DNA of 63,992 nt, the filler included, from Diploschistes diacapsis (lineage: Eukaryota): NCBI GenBank assembly GCA_023645945.1. It is 7 parts of 7 records of this genome, joined end to end, with 100 filler letters (N's around TTAATTAATTAA, not from the genome) between each part and the next. Parts side by side here need not be neighbours in the genome. Positions count along the whole stretch, not along the records: positions 28,091 to 53,273 come from JALAIB010000215.1; 6 more parts are not named here. The stretch is one strand, 5' to 3'. The notes under the pieces were generated by a model. The model worked only from the letters and a program-made list of their open reading frames with translations. It was not told the origin of the DNA and did not search any database. Below are positions 37,183 through 49,595 of this stretch, piece by piece; position 1 is the first letter of the stretch; each line of letters opens with the position of its first letter. The position numbers and the translations under genes were made by a program.

Positions 37183-39593
37183 ATGGCTCAGCACACAGCG
37201 TATCTAGACCCGAATGAGGTTTGTAGGCCCCGATTTCGTAAAGTGGAAAAGCGATTGAATAATGGAATAGCCGTGTTACGTATTCGATGGGCCAAGTACT
37301 GCTTCAGTTTCGTCACGGCCCGCAAAGAGAAGAAGGGTAGCGTCGCCGTCGACGACGAAGCCTTTGAATCACCAACTGCCACGGCTTCTCGAAGGCAAAG
37401 AGAGCGTAGAAGCTGCTAGTCGGCGATTTGAGATCTACGAGGAGCTCTGGGCGGCTCAAGAGCGGAAGCTAGAGGTACGATGATTCTTTCGTCCCGAAAA
37501 CGATACTTATGAAGGCTAGGCCGTCCTTGAAGAAGCCAATGCCGCTACTGTTAAAGGCATTTGCGAATATCTTGAGTCGGATCTAGAAGATGGGTGAGTC
37601 GGCTAGTATACCAAAGCGCAAGAGATTCCGTCTAAAGTGAACAAGCCACACCTCCGGGCAATTACAGGCCGGACTAATAACTTCTGGACTGGCTGCGAGT
37701 TCAACTGGCTCGACCTTCCCAGCCATCAAAGACCGTATCGCAACAAATAAACGAGGTCTGATCATCAAAGCTTCGCCTGCTCTGTGTCTCAATTTGAAGA
37801 CGGCTTTGAAGAGTATCGTCTCAGATGCCACACAACAGACTACTGGAGATGACGATGAAGAGGAGACGTGGCGAGGCAGTCAGGTCTGGGCTGGGTTGGC
37901 AGATTTGAGTACTTTCCCTAACTATTTGCAAGGGTATTCGCCTCCTCGATTACGATCTTCAGGCTCTCGAAGAGTGGGTCACCAAGAAGTCCGTCGAGAA
38001 GGTGATCATCTTCTTCCAAGAAAGTGAGGCCTTCGATGGACGTGTGCTTACCGAACTGATTGATGTTCTTCAGTATGGTTTCCCGACTCTGCATATGTTT
38101 GAAACTAATAGGTGTACAAGTTCTTGGCAAGATAGAATACGTTTCATACTTCTCTTCGAGATAGGGACGTCCGTAGCCCTATTTCAAGAGAAGCTTTCGA
38201 GGCAAGCGGCCCGCCAGCTTAGAGGGACTCTTTTTGAAACGAGAAGCGCTACGGAGGTCTTGGATGTTCTCTTCAGATGTGCGACGTCACCAGACCTGAC
38301 GAATTTCTTGTGGCTGGGACCTGGCGCATCCAGACTGCTGCTTGACAGGCAGACAGAGCACATTCCGAGTGCAAGAGACTTTATATCGCTTTTGAAGGTA
38401 AGGTTTAGTTGCCTTGTATGAACTCAACTTAACCGGTCCCTTTAGTACATGTACATGATGCACTTTTTCAACAACCCCCTTAGTCTATTATTATCCGAAG
38501 CGGAGCGGGCCTCCCTTTCGAAAGAACACCTTGCTGCGATTGGAAGCCTATTTTCATTCAAAAGGTAAGTCATTCTAACCCTAACCGTGTCTTTTAATGC
38601 TAAAGAACAAGCTACGTTTCCCAGCTGCTTAAGACGGGTAAGAAGCAGGAAGCTACCAAATTGGCGCGAGACTCTACCAATTTCTTGAAGGCTTCGACGG
38701 CCTTGCTTTCCAAAACCCAAGCAACCCTGCTCGCACTGTCCCACGCCCTCAAGGCAATCGGGACTATCTACTCGTTCATGCCAAGCACGACGAACCCTAC
38801 TTGGTCAATGCTGTATGTGAGAGGCATGTCTGGAGAGCTAGCCGAATCAACTACAATCCGTGAGCTTAGTCTTTCCCTGAAGAAGTTGCCGTCGGATACG
38901 ATGGCTTCATTGCTTGATGCGCTTTCCACGATCCCAATGCTCGACCTGGGCGACGTAAGAGCTGCTCTCGACTCCCTGGTTGCAGCACAAAACTCATCGC
39001 GGCCTTTGCGTAGTGAGCATGACCAACAGCACTCTACTTTGCGGACGACTGTCGTAGCACAAAAGGTGTCCTTGAGCAAGCATCAAGCGACATTGTCAGT
39101 GCAGGATGCGAAATACTCAGAGCTTGTCGATCGCATCCATGACAGTATCCGGCTGTACTTGACAAAGAACATCATATCGCCTAAGGAACTACCGCTTAAC
39201 GAGATATTTGTGTTTGATTCGAAAGCATCGTGTCGAGATGCATTGGGCCCTTTCCCACGAAAAGCCGTCGAAAGGGCTCTTGGCTCTCCTCACGACTACT
39301 TAGACTGCGAGTGCTGCGAAGGAGAAGAGGGATTGAAGGTGTCGCATCCAGCAACATCCATTGTATATCAGCTGTACCTCGAGTCCGGGTCGATGATCAA
39401 CATCACCGACATGTTGGCCGCTTTCCGGGCAGTTATTATGTCTGAAGGCGACGAGGAGTTGGGGGAAAGTCAGGAACAAGAAGCACTAGCTCTGTTTTAT
39501 CGGGCGCTGGCTGAATTAAAGCACTTGGGAATGATCAAGAGCAGCCGCAAGAAGGCAGATCATGTAGCAAAGCTGAGGTGGAGAGGCTTGTAG
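37183..39593 (+). CDS. ORC3: Origin recognition complex subunit 3, multi-exon
   Basis: CYVF..RPAKRRRV, FILLFEIGTSVALFQEKL, YMYMMHFFNNPLS, ERALGSPHDYLDCECC, LYLESGSMIN, ELKHLGMIKSSRKKADHVAK. Confidence 0.9.
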
Positions 39594-39840
39594 TATAGTC
39601 CAGGAGGCACAGTATCTATTAGATGGGAGCATCGAATGGAACATGATCCAGAAACAACACGGATCACTTCTCCACGTCCTCGTTAGTTGAGTCGGTGACA
39701 TTCTGGTGGGTTGCGGTGTGAGGGACTCCTTAAAGATCACAAACCCCGATATCTCACTTAACTCCGGTTTTGGAAGAAAAAGTTTTTGGTGAGAGCTTCC
39801 ATTATTGTTGCCCAGCTCCAACTTTGTTTTCTAAATCTTG

Positions 39841-42339
39841 ATGCATAGGCTCTGCCAAGGCGCCTTTCGTCTCTTAATATCACGACCGAAGGCACGATAC
39901 CATATTTGTCCTCCTTGTGCATCCAAGCTATCACAGCGATCGTTCACCGCCACCATAGCACCACGCGGTCAAGACGACGACTCAATACGGTATTACGAGC
40001 AAACAGCTTCAGGAAAAGTAAAGAGAGTCGATGAAGAACAAAGTCGGAAAGAATTGGGGGAGCTGAAGAAACACATCACGAGACTGGAACAGGAGCTCCG
40101 TAAGCTTGATGCAAGCGGTGAGCTTTCGCGTCAGTTGGGGAAGGATACTTTGGACGTAGGAAGCGGGACATCAGCTGCTGGAGACGCCCAAGATGCAGAT
40201 GGCATCAAAGCCACGATTGAAAGCCTACTAGCCGCAGATGTATCGCCAGACGGACTTAAAGTGGACTTCCCTCAGCATCAGCGAGTACACTTACAGAGCT
40301 TCAATAACGTACTACGTGAAGTGGCGGGAAATGTTAAGGATGTGAAGAGGAACGCTTTACTGTGGATAAAATACGTGAAGTGCAAGCAGTTGGTTCCAGA
40401 TTTCCTGGAAGAGATAGGCCCAGCAGCATGGGATGTGCTATGGAGAAGTCAGTATGTCGGCAATCTCACCATGGATTCTCGCACCAAGCATCTCTGGGAG
40501 TTGGTAGAGGATATGATCCGAACCGACCAGCAACTGTCTCCTACACAAAAACTTGTCCGAATCGAAGCTTTGTTCTCTGAAGGTAATCGCAACGGTGCAA
40601 TAAAGTTTTGGCAGCAGCAGTGGACTCATCTACCCAAAGATGCTCCCTCACGTGCAGACTTTCGCGATCTTGGGATCCGTCTCAATGCTCAGCTTGGTCG
40701 ACTTCAGGAGGCGCACGATTTGGCCCTCGACGCCGTCGAATCGCATGGCAAGCCAAAGGCTGAGGACATAGCAACCCTGATTGTATCATGGGCGCAAAAA
40801 GGTGATGACGCCAGCCTCAAGGTCGCATGGTCACTATATCTAGACCTCAGACAAAGGCTAGGATCAACGATGTCGCTTGAGGATTACGATCATATAGTCA
40901 TGTCTTTTCTTGGTGCGAACCGCTCTTCTCTGGCTTTAGCAGTCTTCAAAGATATGGTGTTATCAGGTAAACGTCCAGATTGGGACTCGTTCGAGGTGGC
41001 GAAGAAAAGTATGGGCATTTACCGCGAACTTCAAAGTCACAGCACCCAACTCGCAGATTTGACGCAAGTGTCGCTCGCATCCTTGTCGGTCATTCCCAAG
41101 CAGTTAGAGAACAAGTACTTCTTCGCTAGCTGGATAAAGCGATTGATCGGTATGGGCGAAGTCGATTCCGCTGTATCTGTGCTCGCTCTGATGTACGAGC
41201 GTGGGATCAGGCCAGATGCCATACATCTAAATGGCATAATCAGCGCTTGGCTCCGAGAGGAAGACAAGCAAAATCATAGTTTGGCTCTTCAGGTCGCGTG
41301 GTCTATGGTCAGAGAAAGATTGAAGGTTGTCGTTCGGCGCCATGCCACAAACACGGAGGCACAGGCATCTGTTGATCTTCCAGATATGGGAGTCTCGGTT
41401 CCTCCCTATATTTCTAAGAACTTGCCCCCAGCAACCATCGAGACATTCTCTATACTTTTGCTGTACTACGAGAACCGAAGTATGCAGGCATCGATGGACA
41501 TTGTGCAGCAGACGCTTTACGAGGCCGACATAGCGCCCAATTCGTTCTTCATGAATCATCTGCTACATGGGGAACTACGCCGAGGCGACGTTGCAGCAGC
41601 TTGGAAGCGGTTCCAGTTGATGCGCAAGAATGTCAATCCAGATATAGCGACGTTCGCCGTACTCTGGGAGTGTGCTAAGATGTTCACAGCCGGGCGCAAC
41701 GTTTCTGCCAAAGAGGGCTTCCCAACACCTCGAACAATTTTCTCTAACATGCAGAATTGGCTACTTGCACAAAGGCCGAAAACGAGAAAAGTAGCCAAGG
41801 ACCAATTCAGTCAGGTTCATTACAACCAGATCATTCGCTGCTTCTGTTTCCGACGAGACCTGGAGGGCACAATAGTGGCGATGTATGGCCTTAGGGACTC
41901 CTTCGAGGTCTATCCGGATGCAGATACCGTTCGGCTCATTACAATCCAGCTTGCGCGAATGGGAGAGATTGTCCCGGCATCGAAGCGCAGGCGCTCGCGG
42001 CTATCCGCCAACAAAGACAGCGTCAGGAATATGGAGAAAGTCTCTGACATTTTCAAGGTCGTTAATCAGGGAAGATTAGATACTCTGCAAGGCCTAGGTA
42101 TCAGCGAGGAGCAGTTGTCCGAAAAGGAGCGGGGCGAAGAGACGCTTTTCAAGCTTGCTGAATTACTGCGAGTATTTATGAGACATACAACAGGAGTCGA
42201 GATAAACGAGACATCGCCTCGAGAGGAGGAATTGGAGAAAGTATCGTGGGAAATGGGCGTCGGAGGCATTGACATGGGACCCCCTCTCCACTCAGGAATG
42301 GAAGCTACCTCTGTACATGTGTTAGCAGCGCAAGCATAG
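39841..42339 (+). CDS. Pentatricopeptide-repeat protein, probably mitochondrial; intronless
   Basis: Arg-rich N-terminal presequence; PPR-like helices (ALAVFKDM, MYERGIRPDAIHLNGIISAWLR, PATIETFSILL). Confidence 0.8.
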   Translation: MHRLCQGAFRLLISRPKARYHICPPCASKLSQRSFTATIAPRGQDDDSIRYYEQTASGKVKRVDEEQSRKELGELKKHITRLEQELRKLDASGELSRQLGKDTLDVGSGTSAAGDAQDADGIKATIESLLAADVSPDGLKVDFPQHQRVHLQSFNNVLREVAGNVKDVKRNALLWIKYVKCKQLVPDFLEEIGPAAWDVLWRSQYVGNLTMDSRTKHLWELVEDMIRTDQQLSPTQKLVRIEALFSEGNRNGAIKFWQQQWTHLPKDAPSRADFRDLGIRLNAQLGRLQEAHDLALDAVESHGKPKAEDIATLIVSWAQKGDDASLKVAWSLYLDLRQRLGSTMSLEDYDHIVMSFLGANRSSLALAVFKDMVLSGKRPDWDSFEVAKKSMGIYRELQSHSTQLADLTQVSLASLSVIPKQLENKYFFASWIKRLIGMGEVDSAVSVLALMYERGIRPDAIHLNGIISAWLREEDKQNHSLALQVAWSMVRERLKVVVRRHATNTEAQASVDLPDMGVSVPPYISKNLPPATIETFSILLLYYENRSMQASMDIVQQTLYEADIAPNSFFMNHLLHGELRRGDVAAAWKRFQLMRKNVNPDIATFAVLWECAKMFTAGRNVSAKEGFPTPRTIFSNMQNWLLAQRPKTRKVAKDQFSQVHYNQIIRCFCFRRDLEGTIVAMYGLRDSFEVYPDADTVRLITIQLARMGEIVPASKRRRSRLSANKDSVRNMEKVSDIFKVVNQGRLDTLQGLGISEEQLSEKERGEETLFKLAELLRVFMRHTTGVEINETSPREEELEKVSWEMGVGGIDMGPPLHSGMEATSVHVLAAQA

Positions 42340-42819
42340 CTACGGTGCTCGGGGATCATCAGCGTTGTTGTCTACTTCTGAGTCTATCAATTGTATCAAT
42401 AGTCCATCCTGCGTAACAAGTTCTACTCCGCCAAGAAGTGCTTCAAGCTCCGGGTGCCCAACATCGGCTGTGGAGTTGTGGGCCCAGCTTTTGGTCTTAC
42501 TCGTGTAAAAAAAAATAAAAAAAAACTTCCACAGGCATTATCCCGGCGTGTCTACAGTACTCGATACATAAGCTTCAGAGACCTGTGAACCAATGCAGCG
42601 TCTGTAATGAGTTCAATCGGTGAGCTTGCTTTTCAGACCTAGTAGGGCTAATTGCTAGTATCCCACTTATCAAGCAAATCCCGCAAAGCTCCTGTGACCG
42701 CCTCTTTGAACCATTAGAGAGCCCTGCCCGCAAATTCCTCCTTCGAAACGCAAATTGGAGATATTGCCTCTTGTTCCAATCTCGATTGTCTTCCTCTGTG
42801 GGAAGGTCCTGGCAGCGGA

Positions 42820-45800
42820 ATGAACCCGGGAGCAGCTCTCGTTACGGAGCGGCGGATAGCTGCTCAAATACCGAGATTCGTAAAGCACTGCAACCAAGGC
42901 CCCTCGAGATGCCATACCCGGTCATTCTCGCCGCTGTGGACTCCAAGCAGGGTGATCCCCGTGCCTGGCCTATATCAAGCCAGAAGATGGGAGCAGAAAA
43001 GAGCATTCACCAGCTCCCGCCGGCTTCGAATCACGGGCCAGGAGGCTCCGAGCGCGAAGAGCTATATAGAGAGTGGGGTGATAGCTGGGGCAAGGAACCT
43101 GGTCAACGTTAAAAAGGTTCTGGTCATCGGCAGTGGTGGGCTGACCATTGGGCAGGCGGGAGAGTTCGATTACTCAGGTGTGTTACCTTTGTCGCCGGCT
43201 GCGAGTTCGGTCACAGTTCTGGAGCATCTTGTTCAGCTAAGGCTTCTTGTATATAGGTTCTCAAGCTCTCAAAGCTCTCAAAGAAGCCAATGTCAAATCA
43301 GTCCTTATAAACCCTAATATTGCTACGATTCAAACTGATCATAAGCTCGCGGACGAAGTGTATTACCTGCCAGTGACTCCGGAATATGTCACGTACGTTA
43401 TCGAACGAGAGCAGCCGGATGGCGTCTTCTTGTCCTTCGGTGGTCAGACAGGGCTAAACCTAGGTGTGAAGATGGACGACATGGGTCTGTGGGATCGTTA
43501 CGGCGTCAAGGTGCTGGGAACAAGTATTCAGACACTACGCACAAGCGAGGACCGTGACTTGTTTGCCAAGGCACTTAAAGAGATAGATATCCCAATAGCA
43601 GAGTCGATTGCCGTCAGCACCATTGACGAAGCCTTGGCCGCAGCAGAGACAGTCGGCTATCCAATCATCGTGAGATCAGCATATGCACTGGGTGGGCTTG
43701 GTTCAGGATTTGCCAACAACGAAGAAGAGCTCCGTGATCTCTCGGCACGCTCGCTGTCCCTTGCCCCCCAAATTCTCGTCGAGAAATCCCTCAAAGGCTG
43801 GAAGGAGCTAGAATATGAGGTTGTCAGGGATGCTTCCAACAACTGTATCACGGTCTGCAACATGGAGAACTTCGATCCTCTGGGCATACACACTGGCGAC
43901 AGTATAGTAGTAGCGCCAAGCCAAACTCTGAGCGACGAGGAGTATCATATGCTTCGAACAGCCGCCATCAAAATCGTGAGGCATCTGGGGGTCGTTGGGG
44001 AATGCAATGTGCAATATGCTCTTCAACCCGATGGTCTCGATTACAGGGTAATTGAAGTGAACGCAAGATTATCTCGGTCCTCCGCGTTGGCATCAAAAGC
44101 CACCGGCTACCCACTTGCCTACACAGCTGCAAAGATTGGTCTAGGCAACGCACTTCCGGAGCTTCCAAATGCCGTGACCAAGACGACCACAGCGAACTTT
44201 GAGCCCAGTCTTGACTATATCGTGACCAAGATCCCGCGATGGGATTTGAGCAAGTTTCAGAACGTCGATAGGCACATCGGCAGTGCAATGAAATCAGTCG
44301 GCGAGGTCATGTCGATAGGTCGGACGTTCGAAGAGTCCTTCCAAAAAGCCATTCGCCAGGTCGATCCCAAATATATAGGCTTCCAGGGAGACAAGTTCGA
44401 TGACCTTGACGAGGTACTGCGGAATCCTACAGACAGACGTTGGCTTGCAGTTGGCCAGGCTATGCTGCACGAAAACTACTCGGTTGAGAAGGTCCATGAG
44501 CTTACAAAGATTGACAAGTGGTTCTTGCACAAATTGCAGAACATTGTGGATGTGCATCACGAGCTCAAAGAAATTGGGAGCCTTTTCGGCATCAAAAAAG
44601 AGTTGATGATCACAGCGAAGAAGATGGGCTTTTCTGACAGGCAAATCGCGCTGTGCGTGAATTGTACGGAGGACGAGGTGAGGTCAAGAAGAACGAGCTT
44701 TGATGTCCGACCGTTCGTCAAGCGGGTTGATACCCTTGCTGCCGAATTTCCCGCAAGCACCAACTACCTATATTTGACATACAACGCATCTTCTCATGAT
44801 GTTACATTCGACGACCATGGCACGATCATTCTGGGTTCTGGTGTCTACCGTATTGGGAGTTCTGTGGAATTTGACTGGTGTTGTGTCAACGCAACCTTGG
44901 CGTTGCGGGCCATGGGCAAAAAGGTCTTGGGAAATTGCACACCTAAGTTTCGTAGCCTATACTGACAGCTATACAGACGGTCATGATCAACTTGAATCCG
45001 GAGACTTATTCTACGTAAGTGCTTGCCTTCCGCCTGCTGTTGCCCTGCTAACAGCCTGCTGTAGCGACTTCGATATAGCCGACAAGCTCTATTTCGAGGA
45101 ATTGAGCTATGAGCGAGTCATGGATATCTACGAGCTTGAGCAAGCCAGCGGAGTGGTTGTCTCCGTCGGTGGGCAGCTTCCCCAGAATATCGCCCTTCGT
45201 TTGCAGGAGACGGGTAAGGCACATGTACTTGGCACAAACCCCGAAGACATCGACAAGGCCGAAGACCGCCACAAGTTTTCTCGGATCCTCGATAGCATTG
45301 GTGTCGACCAGCCAGCCTGGAAAGAACTGTCATCCGTGGCCGATGCTGATAAGTTCGCCTCCGAAGTTGGCTACCCCGTTCTCGTCCGCCCTAGTTACGT
45401 CCTCTCGGGCGCTGCCATGAGCGTGATTCGGACCCAGGACGAGCTTAAGGATAAGCTTCTCTCCGCCAGCGCTGTGTCGCCCAATCACCCCGTCGTCATC
45501 ACCAAATTCATCGAAGGTGCCCAAGAGATCGACGTAGACGCCGTTGCCTCGAACGGTAAGCTTCTTGTCCACGCCGTGAGCGAGCACGTCGAAGCCGCAG
45601 GCGTGCACTCCGGTGACGCCACGCTCGTCCTGCCCCCGGTCAACCTTGACGCCTCCCTAATGAGCCGACTGAAGGGTATAGCCGAGAAAGTAGCAAAGGC
45701 GTGGAACATCACGGGGCCTTTCAACATGCAGATCATCAAAGCTGATTCCTCAACCGCTGGAGAAGAGCCCGCGCTCAAGGTGATAGAGTGCAACCTCCGT

Positions 45801-46669
45801 GCTTCGCGCTCCTTCCCCTTCGTCAGCAAGGTCCTAGGAACAAACTTCATCGACGTAGCCACCAAGGCCCTCGTTGGCCGCGACGTGCCCGAGCCAACGG
45901 ACCTGATGGCCGTCAAGCGCGACTTCGTGGCTACAAAGGTGCCGCAGTTCTCCTGGACGCGGCTGGCGGGCGCCGACCCGTACCTGGGCGTCGAGATGTC
46001 GAGCACGGGCGAAATCGCGTGTTTCGGCAAGGACCTTGTGGAAGCGTACTGGGCTTCGCTGCAGGCGACCATGAACTTCCGGATGCCGGAGCCCGGCGAG
46101 GGTTTGCTATTTGGCGGCGACACGTCGAAGCCGGAACTGGCGCAGATAGTAAATCATCTCCGGCCGCTGGGATACAAGCTGTACGCGGCGGACCGGGACG
46201 TCAAGGAGCACCTGGAGTCTTCGGCCAGGACGGGCCAGGACGTGAGGGTCGAGGTCGTGGAGTTCCCGGTCACGGACAAGAGGGCGCTGAGGGACGTTTT
46301 CAAGAAGTACGATATCCGCGGCGTCTTCAACCTGGCGAGCCAGAGGGCCAAGGACGTGCAGGACAAAGACTACGTGATGAGGCGGAACGCGGTGGATTTC
46401 GGGGTGCCGCTGTTTATGGAGCCGAAGGTCAGTTTTCCTTTACCTGTTTCTATCTCTCCAACTATATAAGTTTGGTTGAAAGGAGGAGGAGGAGGAGAAG
46501 AAGAATCGGGACTCGAAGACATAACTAGGTAAATACGTTGGGGGCTAACGATCGAGTTCTATAGACGGCGCTGCTGTTCGCGCAGTGCATGAGCGAGCGG
46601 CTACCGAGGAAGGAAGGGACTCCGCCAGAGGTGAGGAGGTGGAGTGAATTCACGGGCGGATACATGTGA
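42820..46669 (+). CDS. CPA2: Arginine-specific carbamoyl-phosphate synthase large chain, with mitochondrial presequence; spliced
   Basis: [79 protein letters not shown]; last exon ends SEFTGGYM*. Confidence 0.95.
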
Positions 46670-47540
46670 GCCTGACGAATAGTGCCTGGAGTAGACGGGT
46701 GGATAGTTCCGTTACGTTCTCCTGGCAATCGAGACATCGAGGCCGGGAGATCGAATGGACAAATCTTAAGAAGGGTTGCGAACAGATTAAGGGTGGGGCT
46801 TTTCAAGAAACCGATGAGAAGAGAAAGAAAGAGAAAAGTTTTTTGGAACAGACAAGCGGCGGCGCTGGGCTGGAAGGCGAATCCACAGCTCTGTCCACCA
46901 GGCTCCGCTGTTATCCTTATTTATCCTGAGTCGCCAAGTGACAGTCTCAACTTCAGTCATTTGATTCACGGCCGTGGTAGTGGAGGAAGGTCACTTTGAG
47001 AATACATATGGTCTATTAGTTAGAATAACCTGCTTGGAAACCCGCAATCGCTCGCAATCACAACGCACTCTCATGTAATGGATTGCAGTCAGGCAAAGCT
47101 GTCATCCGATCACTTTTGCGCGAGCAGCAGGTGCATCTTCCTCGATGCAGTGGAGCACACACACTCTGACCCCATTTTGTCTCCCGTCTCTCAGAAGTAG
47201 CCTTCGCCACCTCGTGTGTGCAGCCAAGTGCCACAAGTGTCGACTGAATACAGAACGCCGTAGACCTCCTACATACGTAGCGAGGAGAAAAATTGAACCA
47301 AGCCAACGTCTAACCTTTCTTTTAGATTAGATTCATGCAGCGTGTGCAAGAAAGCCACGCCTTAATAGAAACCGCTTGTACAGGAAACGTCGATGGGTCA
47401 AAGTAGGCCCCCAGATCGACGCTATGAGCCATGACGTGTGCATGGCTGATGCAAATCACCGAGTTCAGTCGAAAAGAGGTGACCCAGGGGAAAATGCTTA
47501 CAGCAGCAACGGCAGCCATGGTTGATTGGTGGTTTTGAGC

Positions 47541-49039
47541 TTAGATGAGATCTGGAAATATCAGTTGTGTACAAAAGCAAGAGCACATAGTAGAACAGCG
47601 TACCAGCAACATTCATGGGCATCTCTTCAATCTGGGTGCTATAGAACTGCTCAATTTCTCGCATCATGCGAACATCTTCGGCGGTGACGAAGTTGATCGC
47701 AACACCCTTGCGTCCAAATCGACCACCACGACCGATGCGGTGGATGTAGTTCTCCCTATTAGCAGGAAGATCATAATTGATAACGAGGGAGACCTGTTGA
47801 ACGTCGATACCGCGCGCAAGAAGATCGGTAGCGATGAGAACGCGGGATGAACCCGAACGGAACTCCTTCATGATCACGTCACGCTGTGCCTGGTCCATGT
47901 CTCCGTGCATGGCAGAGACAGTGAAGTCACGAGAGGTGAGCTTGTCAGTGAGCCAGTCAACCTTTCTGCGGGTATTGCAGAAGATGACGGCCTGAGTGAT
48001 CGTGACAGTTTCGTACAGATCCGATAGAGTATCGAGTTTCCAGTCTTCCTTTTCGACAGCAATGTAGAACTGCTTGATACCCTCAAGGGTAAGCTCATCT
48101 TTCTTGACTAAGATCCGGACAGGGTCGCGCATAAACTTGGTAGTAACCTCGAGAACGTCTTGAGGCATGGTGGCCGAGAGCAGCACGACCTGAGTGGACT
48201 GGGGGAGGAGCTGAAAGATATCATAGATCTGCTCGGTGAAACCACGCTACTAAATCAGCTTACATCTTGCTAAATCCACGAGCAAACTTACAGAAAGCAT
48301 TTCGTCGGCCTCGTCAAGAACAAACATCTTCATGGAGTCTGTCTTCAGATGGCGCCTTTGGATCATGTCGTGAACGCGACCAGGAGTACCGACAACAACG
48401 TGAGGGCCCTCTTGTAGAGCCTTCATGTCATCTCGGACGGGGGTACCGCCAATGCAAGCATGGCACTCAATCCCTAGGAAGTCGCCAAGGGCAACAACAA
48501 CCTTCTGGATCTGCTGAGCCAACTCACGGGTGGGCGCGAGGATAAGTGCCTGGCAGGCCTTGATGTTGCTATCAATCTTCTGAAGGACTGAGATCGAGAA
48601 AGTAGCAGTCTTTCCTGTTCCAGACTGCGCTTGAGCAATAACATCCGAGCCTAGAGTTGCGTAAGTACATCACTTTTGGGCATCGGAGGGCTGTCCAACC
48701 TTTAATGACTGGCATAATAGCACGAGATTGGATAGCAGAGGGCCGCTCGAAACCGTACGCATAGACACCTAGATGTGTCAATTTCTTATCCCAAAGACCA
48801 CTTTATGTTGCGGCTCACCTCGCAGTAGCTCCTGCTTAAGGTTCATAGCATCGAACGAGTCAGTAACCTGGTCGTAGTTGGTCTCGATTTGACCTGATAA
48901 ATCCCAACGTTAGCGACAAAGTCCGTGATTTGAAAAGACCACTTGAAGGGCTTTCACAGAGCTGCCGGTCTGTCGAGACTTTACAAAAATTGACAGACTC
49001 ACTCTCGTTGATCTCCTCGAGACCTTTATCGGTAGCCAT
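47541..49039 (-). CDS. TIF1: Translation initiation factor eIF4A (DEAD-box helicase), multi-exon; 5' UTR intron
   Basis: [59 protein letters not shown]. Confidence 0.96.
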
Positions 49040-49595
49040 GATTGCGCTAAGCACACAAGACCAGAGGCGAGGCTCTGATCACGGAGGATTTTTTGAAGTG
49101 GGGTCTTGATTTTCTATTAGAGATGAATTTGTCAGTCGCCGAGCCTTTGGAGTTCTATCGGCGGAGGTGAAGCATACTCAAGACAGATACTCCTTCGGAA
49201 TGAGGAGCACTAGGAATGTAAGGGTGAAGTAGTTGTGATATCTAAGTACTTCTTGTGAAGATGTAGGATAAGAAAGAAAAATTATCTAGAGGCGACAAAT
49301 TTTTGGCGACAGTCCTATCCGGATGCCGACTGCCAAGCCAAAAACTGTGCTGTAGCCCTACGCCCTGCCCTACGCCACCACCACCCAACTCGCCAGCCTT
49401 GCGACTTCAACGACCAAAGGCATCTGCATCAGATTCTAGGTTGCCCACGACGCTTGCCAGGCTAGGCCTAACCTATGAATGCGATAAGCTGCTCTACACG
49501 ATATCAAGGCGGAGAAAAAAGGCAAAGCCTGGCTTGCCACTCACTGGCTATAGCCTGCTCCATAGCATGACACTCTGAACGAAGCCCAAGTCAAC

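Noticed and set aside
38575..38586. Telomere-like CTAACCCTAACC
   Set aside because: Only two units, inside an ORC3 intron
42607..42717. Arginine attenuator peptide
   Set aside because: Lacks the DY.SDH.W core, and this gene encodes the large subunit, not the small one
45485..46528. 212- and 246-aa alternative-frame ORFs within CPA2
   Set aside because: Shadows of the GC3-rich 3' end of a conserved gene
49350..49378. GCCCTA/GCCCT repeats in the eIF4A / F-box-JmjC divergent promoter
   Set aside because: Plausible regulatory motif, but too short to support without conservation data
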